Positions 51,444 through 58,724 of a DNA stretch of 64,000 nucleotides are shown piece by piece. Origin of the DNA: Patescibacteria group bacterium (GTDB lineage: Bacteria > Patescibacteriota > Patescibacteriia > XYB2-FULL-38-15); the NCBI GenBank assembly GCA_041650995.1, contig JBAZJZ010000001.1:299302-363301 (forward strand). The letters run 5' to 3'. Under the pieces are notes generated by a model, which worked only from the letters and a program-made list of their open reading frames with translations, did no database searches and was not told where the DNA came from. The position numbers were made by a program, and so were the translations under genes. Numbering within the stretch: position 1 is the first letter of the stretch; each line of letters begins with the position of its first letter.

Positions 51444-51513
51444 GTAACGGGTAACGCGTAAATTGAATATTTTAAAAATTACTGGTTACTGATTACACGT
51501 TACTGGTTACTTC
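51444..51513. repeat. Inverted heptamer (GTAAnnn) arrays
   Basis: gtaacgg gtaacgc gtaaatt ... ttactgg ttactga ttacacg ttactgg ttacttc. Confidence 0.7.
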
Positions 51514-51517
51514 AACA

Positions 51518-52129
51518 ATGTCTAAATTCCCCTTATCACTACAAAATCTCGTCGATCATTTCTCTAGTTTGCCGGGCGTTGGCCCCAAAACCGCGCTCCG
51601 GTTTGTTTTTTATTTGTTAAAACAACCGAAAGCAGAAGTGGAAAAATTCGCGGTGGCGCTTGGGTCTTTAAAAAATGTTCTAGCGACTTGTAGTGTCTGC
51701 CAAAACTTTTCTGAAAAAAATCCCTGCGCAATCTGCGGCGATTTGAGACGCGACCACGGAACAATTTGCGTTGTAGCCGAGCATCAAGATTTACCGGTTA
51801 TTGAAAATACCGGCATCCATAACGGGACTTATCATGTTTTGGGTGGAGTTTTAGACGCGCTTCACGGCATTACTCCAGACCAGCTAAAAATTAAAGAACT
51901 GGTTACCCGTATCCAAAATGGCAATGGAAAAATTAAAGAAATAATTCTGGCCCTTAACCCTGATTTGGAAGGCGAAACAACTATGCTTTATCTCACAAAA
52001 CTCATGAAGTCATTCGGTAAAAATATAAAGATCACTCGCCTCGCCCGCGGGCTTCCCATGGGAAGCGACCTTGAATACGCTGACGAAGTGACTGTTTCCG
52101 ACGCTCTGAAAGGAAGAAAAGAAATATAA
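51518..52129 (+). CDS. recR: Recombination mediator RecR
   Basis: LPGVGPKTA.R, C4 Zn finger, YHVLGG and GSDLEYADEVT. Confidence 0.96.
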   Translation: MSKFPLSLQNLVDHFSSLPGVGPKTALRFVFYLLKQPKAEVEKFAVALGSLKNVLATCSVCQNFSEKNPCAICGDLRRDHGTICVVAEHQDLPVIENTGIHNGTYHVLGGVLDALHGITPDQLKIKELVTRIQNGNGKIKEIILALNPDLEGETTMLYLTKLMKSFGKNIKITRLARGLPMGSDLEYADEVTVSDALKGRKEI

Positions 52130-52173
52130 AAGAATTAAAAAAATCAGCCGCGTTTGGGCTGATTTTTATTTTA

Positions 52174-52485
52174 TTATTTTATACTCGTAACTTTTACTTT
52201 CGTGAACATCTGTCTGTGGCCATTCTTTCGGCGATAACGAACTTTTGGTTTGTACTTTATGATGTTCAACTTTTTTGCCCGGCCTTGCTCTAAAATTTCT
52301 CCGGAAACTTTCGCCCCAGAAACCGTCGGTTTTCCAACTTTTACATCCTTACCGTCTTCGTCAGCCAAAAGCAAAACTTCAAAATCAATCTTATCGCCGG
52401 CTGCTCCGCCGATTTTTTCGATTTTTAAAATATCCCCTTCTTTAACTTTATACTGCTTTCCGCCTGTTTTAATTACTGCAAACAT
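52174..52485 (-). CDS. rplU: 50S ribosomal protein L21
   Basis: [14 protein letters not shown]...GHRQ. Confidence 0.97.
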   Translation of the reverse strand: MFAVIKTGGKQYKVKEGDILKIEKIGGAAGDKIDFEVLLLADEDGKDVKVGKPTVSGAKVSGEILEQGRAKKLNIIKYKPKVRYRRKNGHRQMFTKVKVTSIK

Positions 52486-52566
52486 AATTTATTTTTGAGT
52501 ATTAAAAAATTAACATTCAACTATTAAAACATCTATTTAAAAAACTGTCAACTTCTTCCAGTTTTC

Positions 52567-53133
52567 CTAACGCCCTTTTCCCAGCTCCTTGTCGATCGCC
52601 GCGACAAAACTTCTAAATTGATTCAGATCCGGATCATCCTGGGCTCTTTTCAAATCTTGCCTTATTTCTTCCTGTCCTTGACCAACTCTTCCGATAGCAT
52701 CATCTATATTACCAATCTCCTTAAGGATAGTCTGGGCTCTTTTAAAATTTTCCTCTCGCTTAGCCCTTTCCAATTCCCCAAGAAGTCGCGCGCTTTCTTT
52801 ATTGAGTTTGTCTACCTTTGGCTTCGCGGCTGCTATTGCCTCGCGCAAATCCCTGGCCATTTGCAGTGCCGCCCGTTCCTTTCTCCCTACAAGCGCCGCG
52901 AAATATTCTCTAGCTAACGAAAGCTGCCCTCTTTTTAAGGAATTAATAACTCCTTCCAGATTTTCAATACTCTGCTGCCTCGCTTTCCCGCTCTGTTCAT
53001 TAAACACTCCAAAATTTTTGGTTTGACGTAATTCGCGCTGGAGAAAATCAACCATTGCTTCTTTAATTTTTAAAAAATCTTTCCCCTCTATACTTCTTTC
53101 TTCCTCCACTCCGAGTATCTCAATCCTATGCAT
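52567..53133 (-). CDS. Coiled-coil hypothetical protein
   Basis: 188-aa charged helical ORF. Confidence 0.6.
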   Translation of the reverse strand: MHRIEILGVEEERSIEGKDFLKIKEAMVDFLQRELRQTKNFGVFNEQSGKARQQSIENLEGVINSLKRGQLSLAREYFAALVGRKERAALQMARDLREAIAAAKPKVDKLNKESARLLGELERAKREENFKRAQTILKEIGNIDDAIGRVGQGQEEIRQDLKRAQDDPDLNQFRSFVAAIDKELGKGR

Positions 53134-53139
53134 ATTTTT

Positions 53140-53580
53140 CTAAATTTTAATATCCACCTTATCTCCTATTTTTATCCCGTGCTCCGCGGCAAACCCGGCG
53201 TTGACTTCTAAAACATAATTAGCTGGTTCTCTCGGTGTGTAGGTTGATAAAAATTCCGCGGCCGTAACCGGAAGATTTGGCGCGATATCAACAACTACAT
53301 TATTTTTAATCCAAATAATATCAATGGAAAAATTCATATCTTTCATCCAAAATGCCGGCTGACCGGGGGTAGCAAAAATAAAAAGCATTCCATGATTTTT
53401 ATCCAAACTTTTACGGTTGCTTAAACCTTTTGCCATTTCCATCGGCTCATCAGCGATTTCCACTTTAACTTTTACATCATCAATAATTACTGAGCCGTGT
53501 TCTTCGACGTATTGGCCTACTTTTAAAAATCCCGCCGCCGCCAAAATTACGATAAAAATGACCGAATAAAAACGTTCCAT
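53140..53580 (-). CDS. DUF192 family protein
   Basis: EIAD....KGLS.R......GMLF.F......FWMKDM.F.IDIIW...YVLEVNAG. Confidence 0.88.
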   Translation of the reverse strand: MERFYSVIFIVILAAAGFLKVGQYVEEHGSVIIDDVKVKVEIADEPMEMAKGLSNRKSLDKNHGMLFIFATPGQPAFWMKDMNFSIDIIWIKNNVVVDIAPNLPVTAAEFLSTYTPREPANYVLEVNAGFAAEHGIKIGDKVDIKI

Positions 53581-53589
53581 AACATTCAA

Positions 53590-53667
53590 TGTCATTACGA
53601 GCTTAGCGAAGCAATCTCATTTATGGGATTGCCGCGTCGCTCATTTTATTCGCTCCTCGCAATGACA
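53590..53667. repeat. GTCA-type REP doublet
   Basis: tgtcattacgagc...gaagcaatctc...gggattgccgcgtcgc...ctcctcgcaatgaca. Confidence 0.7.
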
Positions 53668-53719
53668 AAATAATTCTTTTAATTATTGTACCAAAATATC
53701 ATAAAATCGCAAGCTAAAT

Positions 53720-53814
53720 AAAAACCCTGGAGTGAGTGAGCAATCCTCGAATATCCAGACAAACAGAGAGAGATTTGTTTGCTGAACGAGGCTTACTCAC
53801 TCGCTTCAGGGTTC
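53720..53814 (-). terminator. Very long hairpin plus U-tract ending the cassette operon
   Basis: Minus strand AACCCTGAAGCGAGTGAGTAAGCCTCG...CGAGGATTGCTCACTCACTCCAGGGTTTTTA. Confidence 0.65.
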
Positions 53815-54017
53815 AAACATTTTTTGAGGCCACCACCCGACTGAAATTCATGTTAACTAATTTGAGCGGGTGACATTCTCGAAAAATGCGGGGAGTTACT
53901 AAGCATAAACTTTTCACTCCCCCGAGGCTCTGCTTCCTCTGGGCTCACCACTGCGCAGGTGACGCGTTCGGGCGCGGCTGGCGAACGTTGACCTTGCGGT
54001 CAAGCGATGGCAGCTAT

Positions 54018-54191
54018 CTATCTCACGCCTACCTCCTTCTTTTCGCCGAGCAGGAACCGGACGAACTGGTCCAGCTGCGGCTCGTACCGCTGCATGAGCC
54101 GGGCCGTCGCCTGCGGTGTGATCCGGTCGGCGATTCTGACCACAAGTACTGTGGAGACGAGAATCGCCGTGCTAGCGATCTCCCATGCCAT
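54018..54191 (-). CDS. Small TM protein (cassette gene 6)
   Basis: MAWEIASTAILVSTVLVVRIA..., with a purine-rich RBS upstream. Confidence 0.5.
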   Translation of the reverse strand: MAWEIASTAILVSTVLVVRIADRITPQATARLMQRYEPQLDQFVRFLLGEKKEVGVR

Positions 54192-54211
54192 CTTCACAAT
54201 TTTTCTCCCTT

Positions 54212-54493
54212 CTAGCCGATCTTCCGAGGATTTGTTGCGACGAACACCAAGTACGCCGCGACGAGCAGAACGACGTTCAGGAGGACGGCACCGAGATTGG
54301 CGGCCGGTCTCCACCAGGCGTTCGGCAACGCCAGATAGAACTCTCTGTAGATCGTCGCCCCTCCCGCGAGGACAGCCACGATCGTGAACACGAAGGCTCC
54401 ACCTGGAGAACCTTGCGCCCAGCGGAGGATGATCATCGCCCCGAAGGCAACGATCATCACCCAGAACGCGATCGTTCCGATTGCTTCGAGCAT
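54212..54493 (-). CDS. Three-TM protein (cassette gene 5)
   Basis: 93-aa hydrophobic ORF. Confidence 0.65.
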   Translation of the reverse strand: MLEAIGTIAFWVMIVAFGAMIILRWAQGSPGGAFVFTIVAVLAGGATIYREFYLALPNAWWRPAANLGAVLLNVVLLVAAYLVFVATNPRKIG

Positions 54494-54505
54494 CTTCTTC
54501 TCTTT

Positions 54506-54694
54506 CTACCCGCCGAGGACCAGCAAGGTCCCGACGAAAGCGAAAAAGACAATGAACAGAAAAACATTGCCCTCGGCTCCGTCTTCTGCCCCACCGACAA
54601 CCATGAGCCGCCGGCGTTCCAGTTTTTGCACTCCTTTCATGAGAATGTACAGGTACGCTCCTACCACCAAAACTCCCAATGCCAACCTGAACAA
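54506..54694 (-). CDS. Two-TM protein (cassette gene 4)
   Basis: AAGGAGG RBS followed by a TTG start at 54694. Confidence 0.55.
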   Translation of the reverse strand: MFRLALGVLVVGAYLYILMKGVQKLERRRLMVVGGAEDGAEGNVFLFIVFFAFVGTLLVLGG

Positions 54695-54708
54695 TCTCTT
54701 TTCCTCCT

Positions 54709-54898
54709 TCTTTGAAAGCACCACTTCTCGTGATGCCCTCGAAAAAGGGCGGAACTCATTTTTTAGGTGGGTTCCGCTAACTCGCTTAAGTTGCTCGTCG
54801 CGCATTACTGCGTGATTTCGCAAAACTTTAGCGAGCGCTCAACCTAGGATGGTTGAACTTTCCTGGCATACTTTGGAAGCCAGGACGTTGGGAAGGAA
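54709..54898 (-). ncRNA. Structured intergenic RNA repeat, copy C (3'-truncated)
   Basis: Homologous to 55333-55586 and 56092-56333. Begins immediately after a TAG stop. Confidence 0.7.
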
Positions 54899-55285
54899 CT
54901 ACGAGCAGCCCTCGTCGACCGTGCCGTCGCAGTCGTCATCGACCCTATTGCAGTCCTCTTCGGTCGAGACGAATTGCGACTTGCAGGCAGTCCACTCACG
55001 GTTCAGGCAGGTGCTCATGCCGATTGCGCAAATGCCACGCGCGCCATCCACCGAACAAGTCTGTACCGAACCCTCCGGCACCTCCTCTAGACGGCCGTCC
55101 TCGTAGACGAGGCACCCTCCTTCTACCGCCTCCGTACCCGCCGGCTCGTCGATGATAGGCTGGCTCGTACCGCCGAAATCGAAAGTGTAGTACTGCGAGA
55201 GCCAAGCCGCGAGACCGATGCCGACGAGAATCAATCCCACGACGATCGCCGCGACCTCCGCTCTCTTCGACCTCTGCGTCATCAT
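54899..55285 (-). CDS. TM-anchored Cys-rich protein with MopE-type putative metal-binding repeat (cassette gene 3)
   Basis: GICAIG.STC...W..C....EEDCNRVDDDCDGTVDEGC. Confidence 0.75.
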   Translation of the reverse strand: MMTQRSKRAEVAAIVVGLILVGIGLAAWLSQYYTFDFGGTSQPIIDEPAGTEAVEGGCLVYEDGRLEEVPEGSVQTCSVDGARGICAIGMSTCLNREWTACKSQFVSTEEDCNRVDDDCDGTVDEGCS

Positions 55286-55332
55286 ATCTCTCCCTCCCCT
55301 TCCTTCCTTGTTTGTTGCCCAATGAAGGGCAG

Positions 55333-55586
55333 TGTAAAGAACTTTGTCCCGGACACGCGAGATATTCGCGGCCGAGAAACTTTCCTCTCTTCGAGCTCAC
55401 CACTTGCATGATGCCCTCGAAAGAAGGCGGAACTCATTTTTGAGGTGGGTTCCGCTGGAGCTCGCTTGGTTGCTTGTCGCACACTTGCGTGTGAGATTTT
55501 ACAAACCTTTGCAAGCCGCTCAACCTAGGATGGTTGAACTTTCCTGGCATACTTTGGTTTGAATTTGCCAGGACGTTTGGAAGGAG
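55333..55586 (-). ncRNA. Structured intergenic RNA repeat, copy B
   Basis: Same hairpin series with loop insertions and compensatory changes. Confidence 0.7.
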
Positions 55587-56066
55587 CTACGAACTGCAGC
55601 CAAGCATCTGCGGCGTCAGCAACAGATTGCCTTCGCCGCCGATCCACGGATGGCGAATCACTGCCGGTTCCACCGAGAGACCGTCAACGGTAACCATGAG
55701 ACGGTCGAGCATGCCCAGATCGCCGTACCAGCGTCCGTCGGTACGTCGAGCATTGACCTCGACGCCTCCCGCGCGACCGCAGGCCTGCGCCTTGGTCAGC
55801 CGCACCTCGAACATGGCCGGCCCGTAGGACACATCTCCGTTCGAGGCATCACCGGGATCGACTGCGTGAAAGATGTAAATCTCGGCCGACTGCTCATCCT
55901 TGGAGTTAATCCGAACCGTCACGGAGTCCCGCTGCTTGTCCGCGCGCTTGTCTGCCAGCAGAGCCAGAAGACCCAAGCTCAACATGCCGAACATGAAAAA
56001 GCAAACCGCACCCACAAGCCACCAATTGCGCCACCAGTTGCTGAGAGCCTTCAGTGCCTTCTTCAT
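55587..56066 (-). CDS. TM-anchored exported protein (cassette gene 2)
   Basis: Start MKKALKAL after AAGGAG; TM segment WWLVGAVCFFMFGMLSLGLLALLA. Confidence 0.65.
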   Translation of the reverse strand: MKKALKALSNWWRNWWLVGAVCFFMFGMLSLGLLALLADKRADKQRDSVTVRINSKDEQSAEIYIFHAVDPGDASNGDVSYGPAMFEVRLTKAQACGRAGGVEVNARRTDGRWYGDLGMLDRLMVTVDGLSVEPAVIRHPWIGGEGNLLLTPQMLGCSS

Positions 56067-56091
56067 CTTCTTCTCCTTTTTCCTTCCTTGT

Positions 56092-56333
56092 TGTAAAGAA
56101 CTTTGTCCCGGACACGCGATGATTCGCGCGCCGAGAAAACTTCCTCTCTTCGAAAGTACCACTTTCGTGATGCCCTCGAAAAAGGGCGGAACTCATTGTG
56201 GTGGGTTCCGCTAAACTTGCTTGGTTGCTTGTCGCACATTACTGTATGATTTTGCAAAACCTTGCAAGCCGCTCAACCTAGGATGGTTGAACTTTCCTGG
56301 CATACTTTGGAAGCCAGGACGTTGGGAAGGAAG
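56092..56333 (-). ncRNA. Structured intergenic RNA repeat, copy A
   Basis: Series of hairpins with GTAA/GAAA tetraloops, ending in boxA-like GTTCTTTACAA. Confidence 0.7.
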
Positions 56334-56693
56334 CTATGGCACACATTCGCAGATGCCGTAGTCACAGTAGCCAAACTTCTCTCTGCAAGAATTCCGGCAC
56401 TCTTCATCCCTGCAGAATCTCTCATCGTTCAGGTCGCACCGTTCGCCGATGCCATCATTGTCCGCATCGAACTGGTCGGGGTTAGGATCAATAGGACAGT
56501 TGTCCCAACGATCTGGAATCTTGTCGCCATCCTGATCCTTTATCATGACCGGCTGAACAACCACGCCCCGCCAGTGGAGAGAAGCCGCTCGGGAAACTTC
56601 CAGGCAAAAACCGCGCAACGCGCAGAAAAACGTGAAAACGACGAACGTGAACGACGCTACCGTGATTACTGTCCTTGCCACTTTTCCATTCAT
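56334..56693 (-). CDS. TM-anchored thrombospondin type-3 repeat protein (cassette gene 1)
   Basis: DQDGDKIPDRWDNCPIDPNPDQFDADNDGIGERCD, with a TAAGGA RBS. Confidence 0.75.
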   Translation of the reverse strand: MNGKVARTVITVASFTFVVFTFFCALRGFCLEVSRAASLHWRGVVVQPVMIKDQDGDKIPDRWDNCPIDPNPDQFDADNDGIGERCDLNDERFCRDEECRNSCREKFGYCDYGICECVP

Positions 56694-56785
56694 TATGTTT
56701 TTACTTCCTTATTTCATCCGCCAAAGGCGGACTGGTCAATGAACTATTCCCTTGTCGCACCATGCGGTTTAGGAAATCTCTTCAG

Positions 56786-56867
56786 TGGCGCTGGTGGGAA
56801 TTGAACCCACTCTGACCCGGTCGACCCTTGCGGGCTCTCTCCTTGAGACTTTTTGACCGGCAGCGCC
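56786..56867 (-). ncRNA. tRNA-like RNA (acceptor stem + T-arm, no D or anticodon arm)
   Basis: GGCGCTG...GTGGG-TTCAATT-CCCAC-CAGCGCC-A. Confidence 0.65.
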
Positions 56868-56937
56868 CCTCGAGCAGAAACTCGTGCTTCTGCCCTGGCT
56901 TGAATCGATGAATACTCATCGCCTCAAGTCATTTAGA

Positions 56938-57040
56938 CAAACAAAAACGGGCGAGGAGAGAATCCGCCCGAAATTAAATTATTTGTACAAATAATTTAGG
57001 GTGGTTTCCCGCCAAATCGGCGGGTCTCTCTCAAACCAAC
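56938..57040 (-). promoter_or_regulatory. Attenuator-like leader
   Basis: Terminator CGGGCG-loop-CGCCCG-TTTTTGTTT with an upstream complementary segment GAGAGACCCGCC. Confidence 0.55.
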
Positions 57041-57061
57041 TTATCTTATTGTCAACAAATT

Positions 57062-57090
57062 AGTATACCATAAAAACAACAATCTGTCAA
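57062..57090 (-). promoter_or_regulatory. Consensus sigma70 promoter with extended -10
   Basis: TTGACA-N17-TATACT with TGn. The -35 lies in the palindrome aatctgtcaa-N6-ttgacagatt (57081-57106). Confidence 0.75.
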
Positions 57091-57142
57091 GAGTTTTTGA
57101 CAGATTTATACATTCCACTCTATTTTTCCTTTTAAATTAACC

Positions 57143-57626
57143 AAATTTACCCCTCCCCTTAAGAATTGACTACTCTTCCCCTCCTCCCTGAGGAGGGGTT
57201 GGGGGTGGTGCGTAATTTTTGCAAAATTATTGCCAAAGCATTATCTAAACTATCTCTCACATCGTTGTCTGTAAAACGCACAACTCTTATGCCAGCCCTT
57301 TCAATAAATTCTTGTTTTACGCGGTCGTGTTCCGCAGCTCCAATTTGATAATGACTATCACCATCAATTTCCACCGCGAGTTTAGCTTCCGGACAATAGA
57401 AATCGACAACATACGGCCCTATTCCTTGCTGCCGGCGAAATTTGTAGCCGCCCAGATTATTCCCACATAAATAATGCCAAATTATTTTTTCAGAACACGT
57501 GGGACGGTTGCGAAGATTTCGACGCGTTAACTTTTGTGATTTGCGGTTAAATAGTTTGATCATAACCACCCCTTGATCCCCTCCTTGGAAAGGAGGGGAA
57601 ACTACAACCTTAAGAGGGGGAAATTT
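57143..57626. mobile_element. DUF559 gene flanked by inverted palindromic repeats
   Basis: cccctcct-N5-aggagggg-ttgggggtggt on the left and accaccccttgat-cccctcct-N5-aggagggg on the right, with outer cttaag/ccc-ggg inverted ends. Confidence 0.55.
57159..57563 (-). CDS. DUF559 / Vsr-like endonuclease
   Basis: R.LR...T.SE...W..L......KFRRQ..IG.YVVDFYC....LAVEIDG.SH. Confidence 0.9.
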   Translation of the reverse strand: MIKLFNRKSQKLTRRNLRNRPTCSEKIIWHYLCGNNLGGYKFRRQQGIGPYVVDFYCPEAKLAVEIDGDSHYQIGAAEHDRVKQEFIERAGIRVVRFTDNDVRDSLDNALAIILQKLRTTPNPSSGRRGRVVNS

Positions 57627-58713
57627 ACTCCCCTATTTTATGCTCGTTCCGACGGCCTTTTATCAAAACAACTGTCCAGGCTACGCCCAAAATTCCCAAA
57701 ACTACCAAAGCAAAAACTTTGCCCCCAGATTTTAAAATCAAAGTTGAAGTGCCAAAAGCCAAAGTCACAAAATACAGTGAAAGCACGGCCTGGCGCTGGG
57801 TCATCCCGGCGCGAAGCAGGCGAAAATGCAGATGTTTTTGGTCAGCCAAAACCAAACTTTTCGGCCGGCTCCAAAGTCGCCGTAAAATGACAATCGCGGC
57901 ATCCAAAATCGGCAAACCCATAATCAAAAGTGTGGTCGCGATTTTACCGCCGGCAATGATGGATAAAACCCCTAAAATAAATCCTGTAAACAGGCTTCCG
58001 CCCTCGCCCAAAAAAATCTTCGCCGGATTAAAATTCCAAACTAAAAATCCGGCGCAAGCTCCGGCAAAAATTATCGCGAGCATCGCTGTCCCCGGCTGGG
58101 CGACTTCGGCCATTAAACTGACGAAAAAAATTATTATTGCGCCGATGGTTGAAACTCCGGAAACCAAACCGTCCAAGCCGTCCAAAAATTTTGTCGTGTA
58201 CATCATTCCCATCAACCAAATAAAAGTGAAAAGATCGGCGAGGATTGTAATTTTATAAGGAATACCATCCCACCAAAAAATAATTTTCTGCCAGGAATCA
58301 AGATGTAATAGTCCGCCGAAAGGGTTGGTGATCTGGCTAATTCCCACGCCGCCTATAATTACAGCAATCACCGCCGCAATCGGCCAGATGATTTGATATT
58401 TTGGCGCCAATTTATATTTGTCATCCAAAAATCCGCCAATCATCAAAAGCGCGCCGCCCAAAAACACGCCAATTAAATTTTTCGCAAAAATTTCCGTACC
58501 TAAAACTTTGTCGGAGAAAAAAATATAATAAACTAAAACTCCGAAAAAAGATAAAAAAATCGCCAACCCGCCCAGAAGCGGCATTGGCTTTTTATGAATT
58601 TTTCTTGTTTCATTCGGCTCGTCAACCACGCGCCACTTCAAAGCCAACCGGCGGACAAGCCCGGTCAAAAAAACCGCCAACAAAAAAGTGACGATGAATG
58701 AAGTAAAATACAT
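57625..58713 (-). CDS. MraY/WecA-family undecaprenyl-phosphate GlcNAc-1-P transferase
   Basis: RKIH..PMP.LGG, GFLDDK, DGLDGL, FLGEGGS and HLHFRL. Confidence 0.9.
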   Translation of the reverse strand: MYFTSFIVTFLLAVFLTGLVRRLALKWRVVDEPNETRKIHKKPMPLLGGLAIFLSFFGVLVYYIFFSDKVLGTEIFAKNLIGVFLGGALLMIGGFLDDKYKLAPKYQIIWPIAAVIAVIIGGVGISQITNPFGGLLHLDSWQKIIFWWDGIPYKITILADLFTFIWLMGMMYTTKFLDGLDGLVSGVSTIGAIIIFFVSLMAEVAQPGTAMLAIIFAGACAGFLVWNFNPAKIFLGEGGSLFTGFILGVLSIIAGGKIATTLLIMGLPILDAAIVILRRLWSRPKSLVLADQKHLHFRLLRAGMTQRQAVLSLYFVTLAFGTSTLILKSGGKVFALVVLGILGVAWTVVLIKGRRNEHKIGE

Positions 58714-58724
58714 GGCATTTCATT

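Noticed and set aside
54709-56333. Classical integron attC sites
   Set aside because: GTTCAAC...GTTGAGC fits the R-box consensus but spans only 22 bp. The repeat is multi-hairpin rather than one long stem, and there is no intI in the window.
53886-56804. Plus-strand ORFs and long 5' extensions across the cassette region
   Set aside because: These are GC-rich shadow frames. The recurring MVELSWHTL peptide is just the repeat translated. The minus-strand frames have RBSs and recognisable motifs.
56786-56867. Functional tRNA or tmRNA
   Set aside because: No D arm or anticodon arm, no G3:U70 pair and no tag reading frame.
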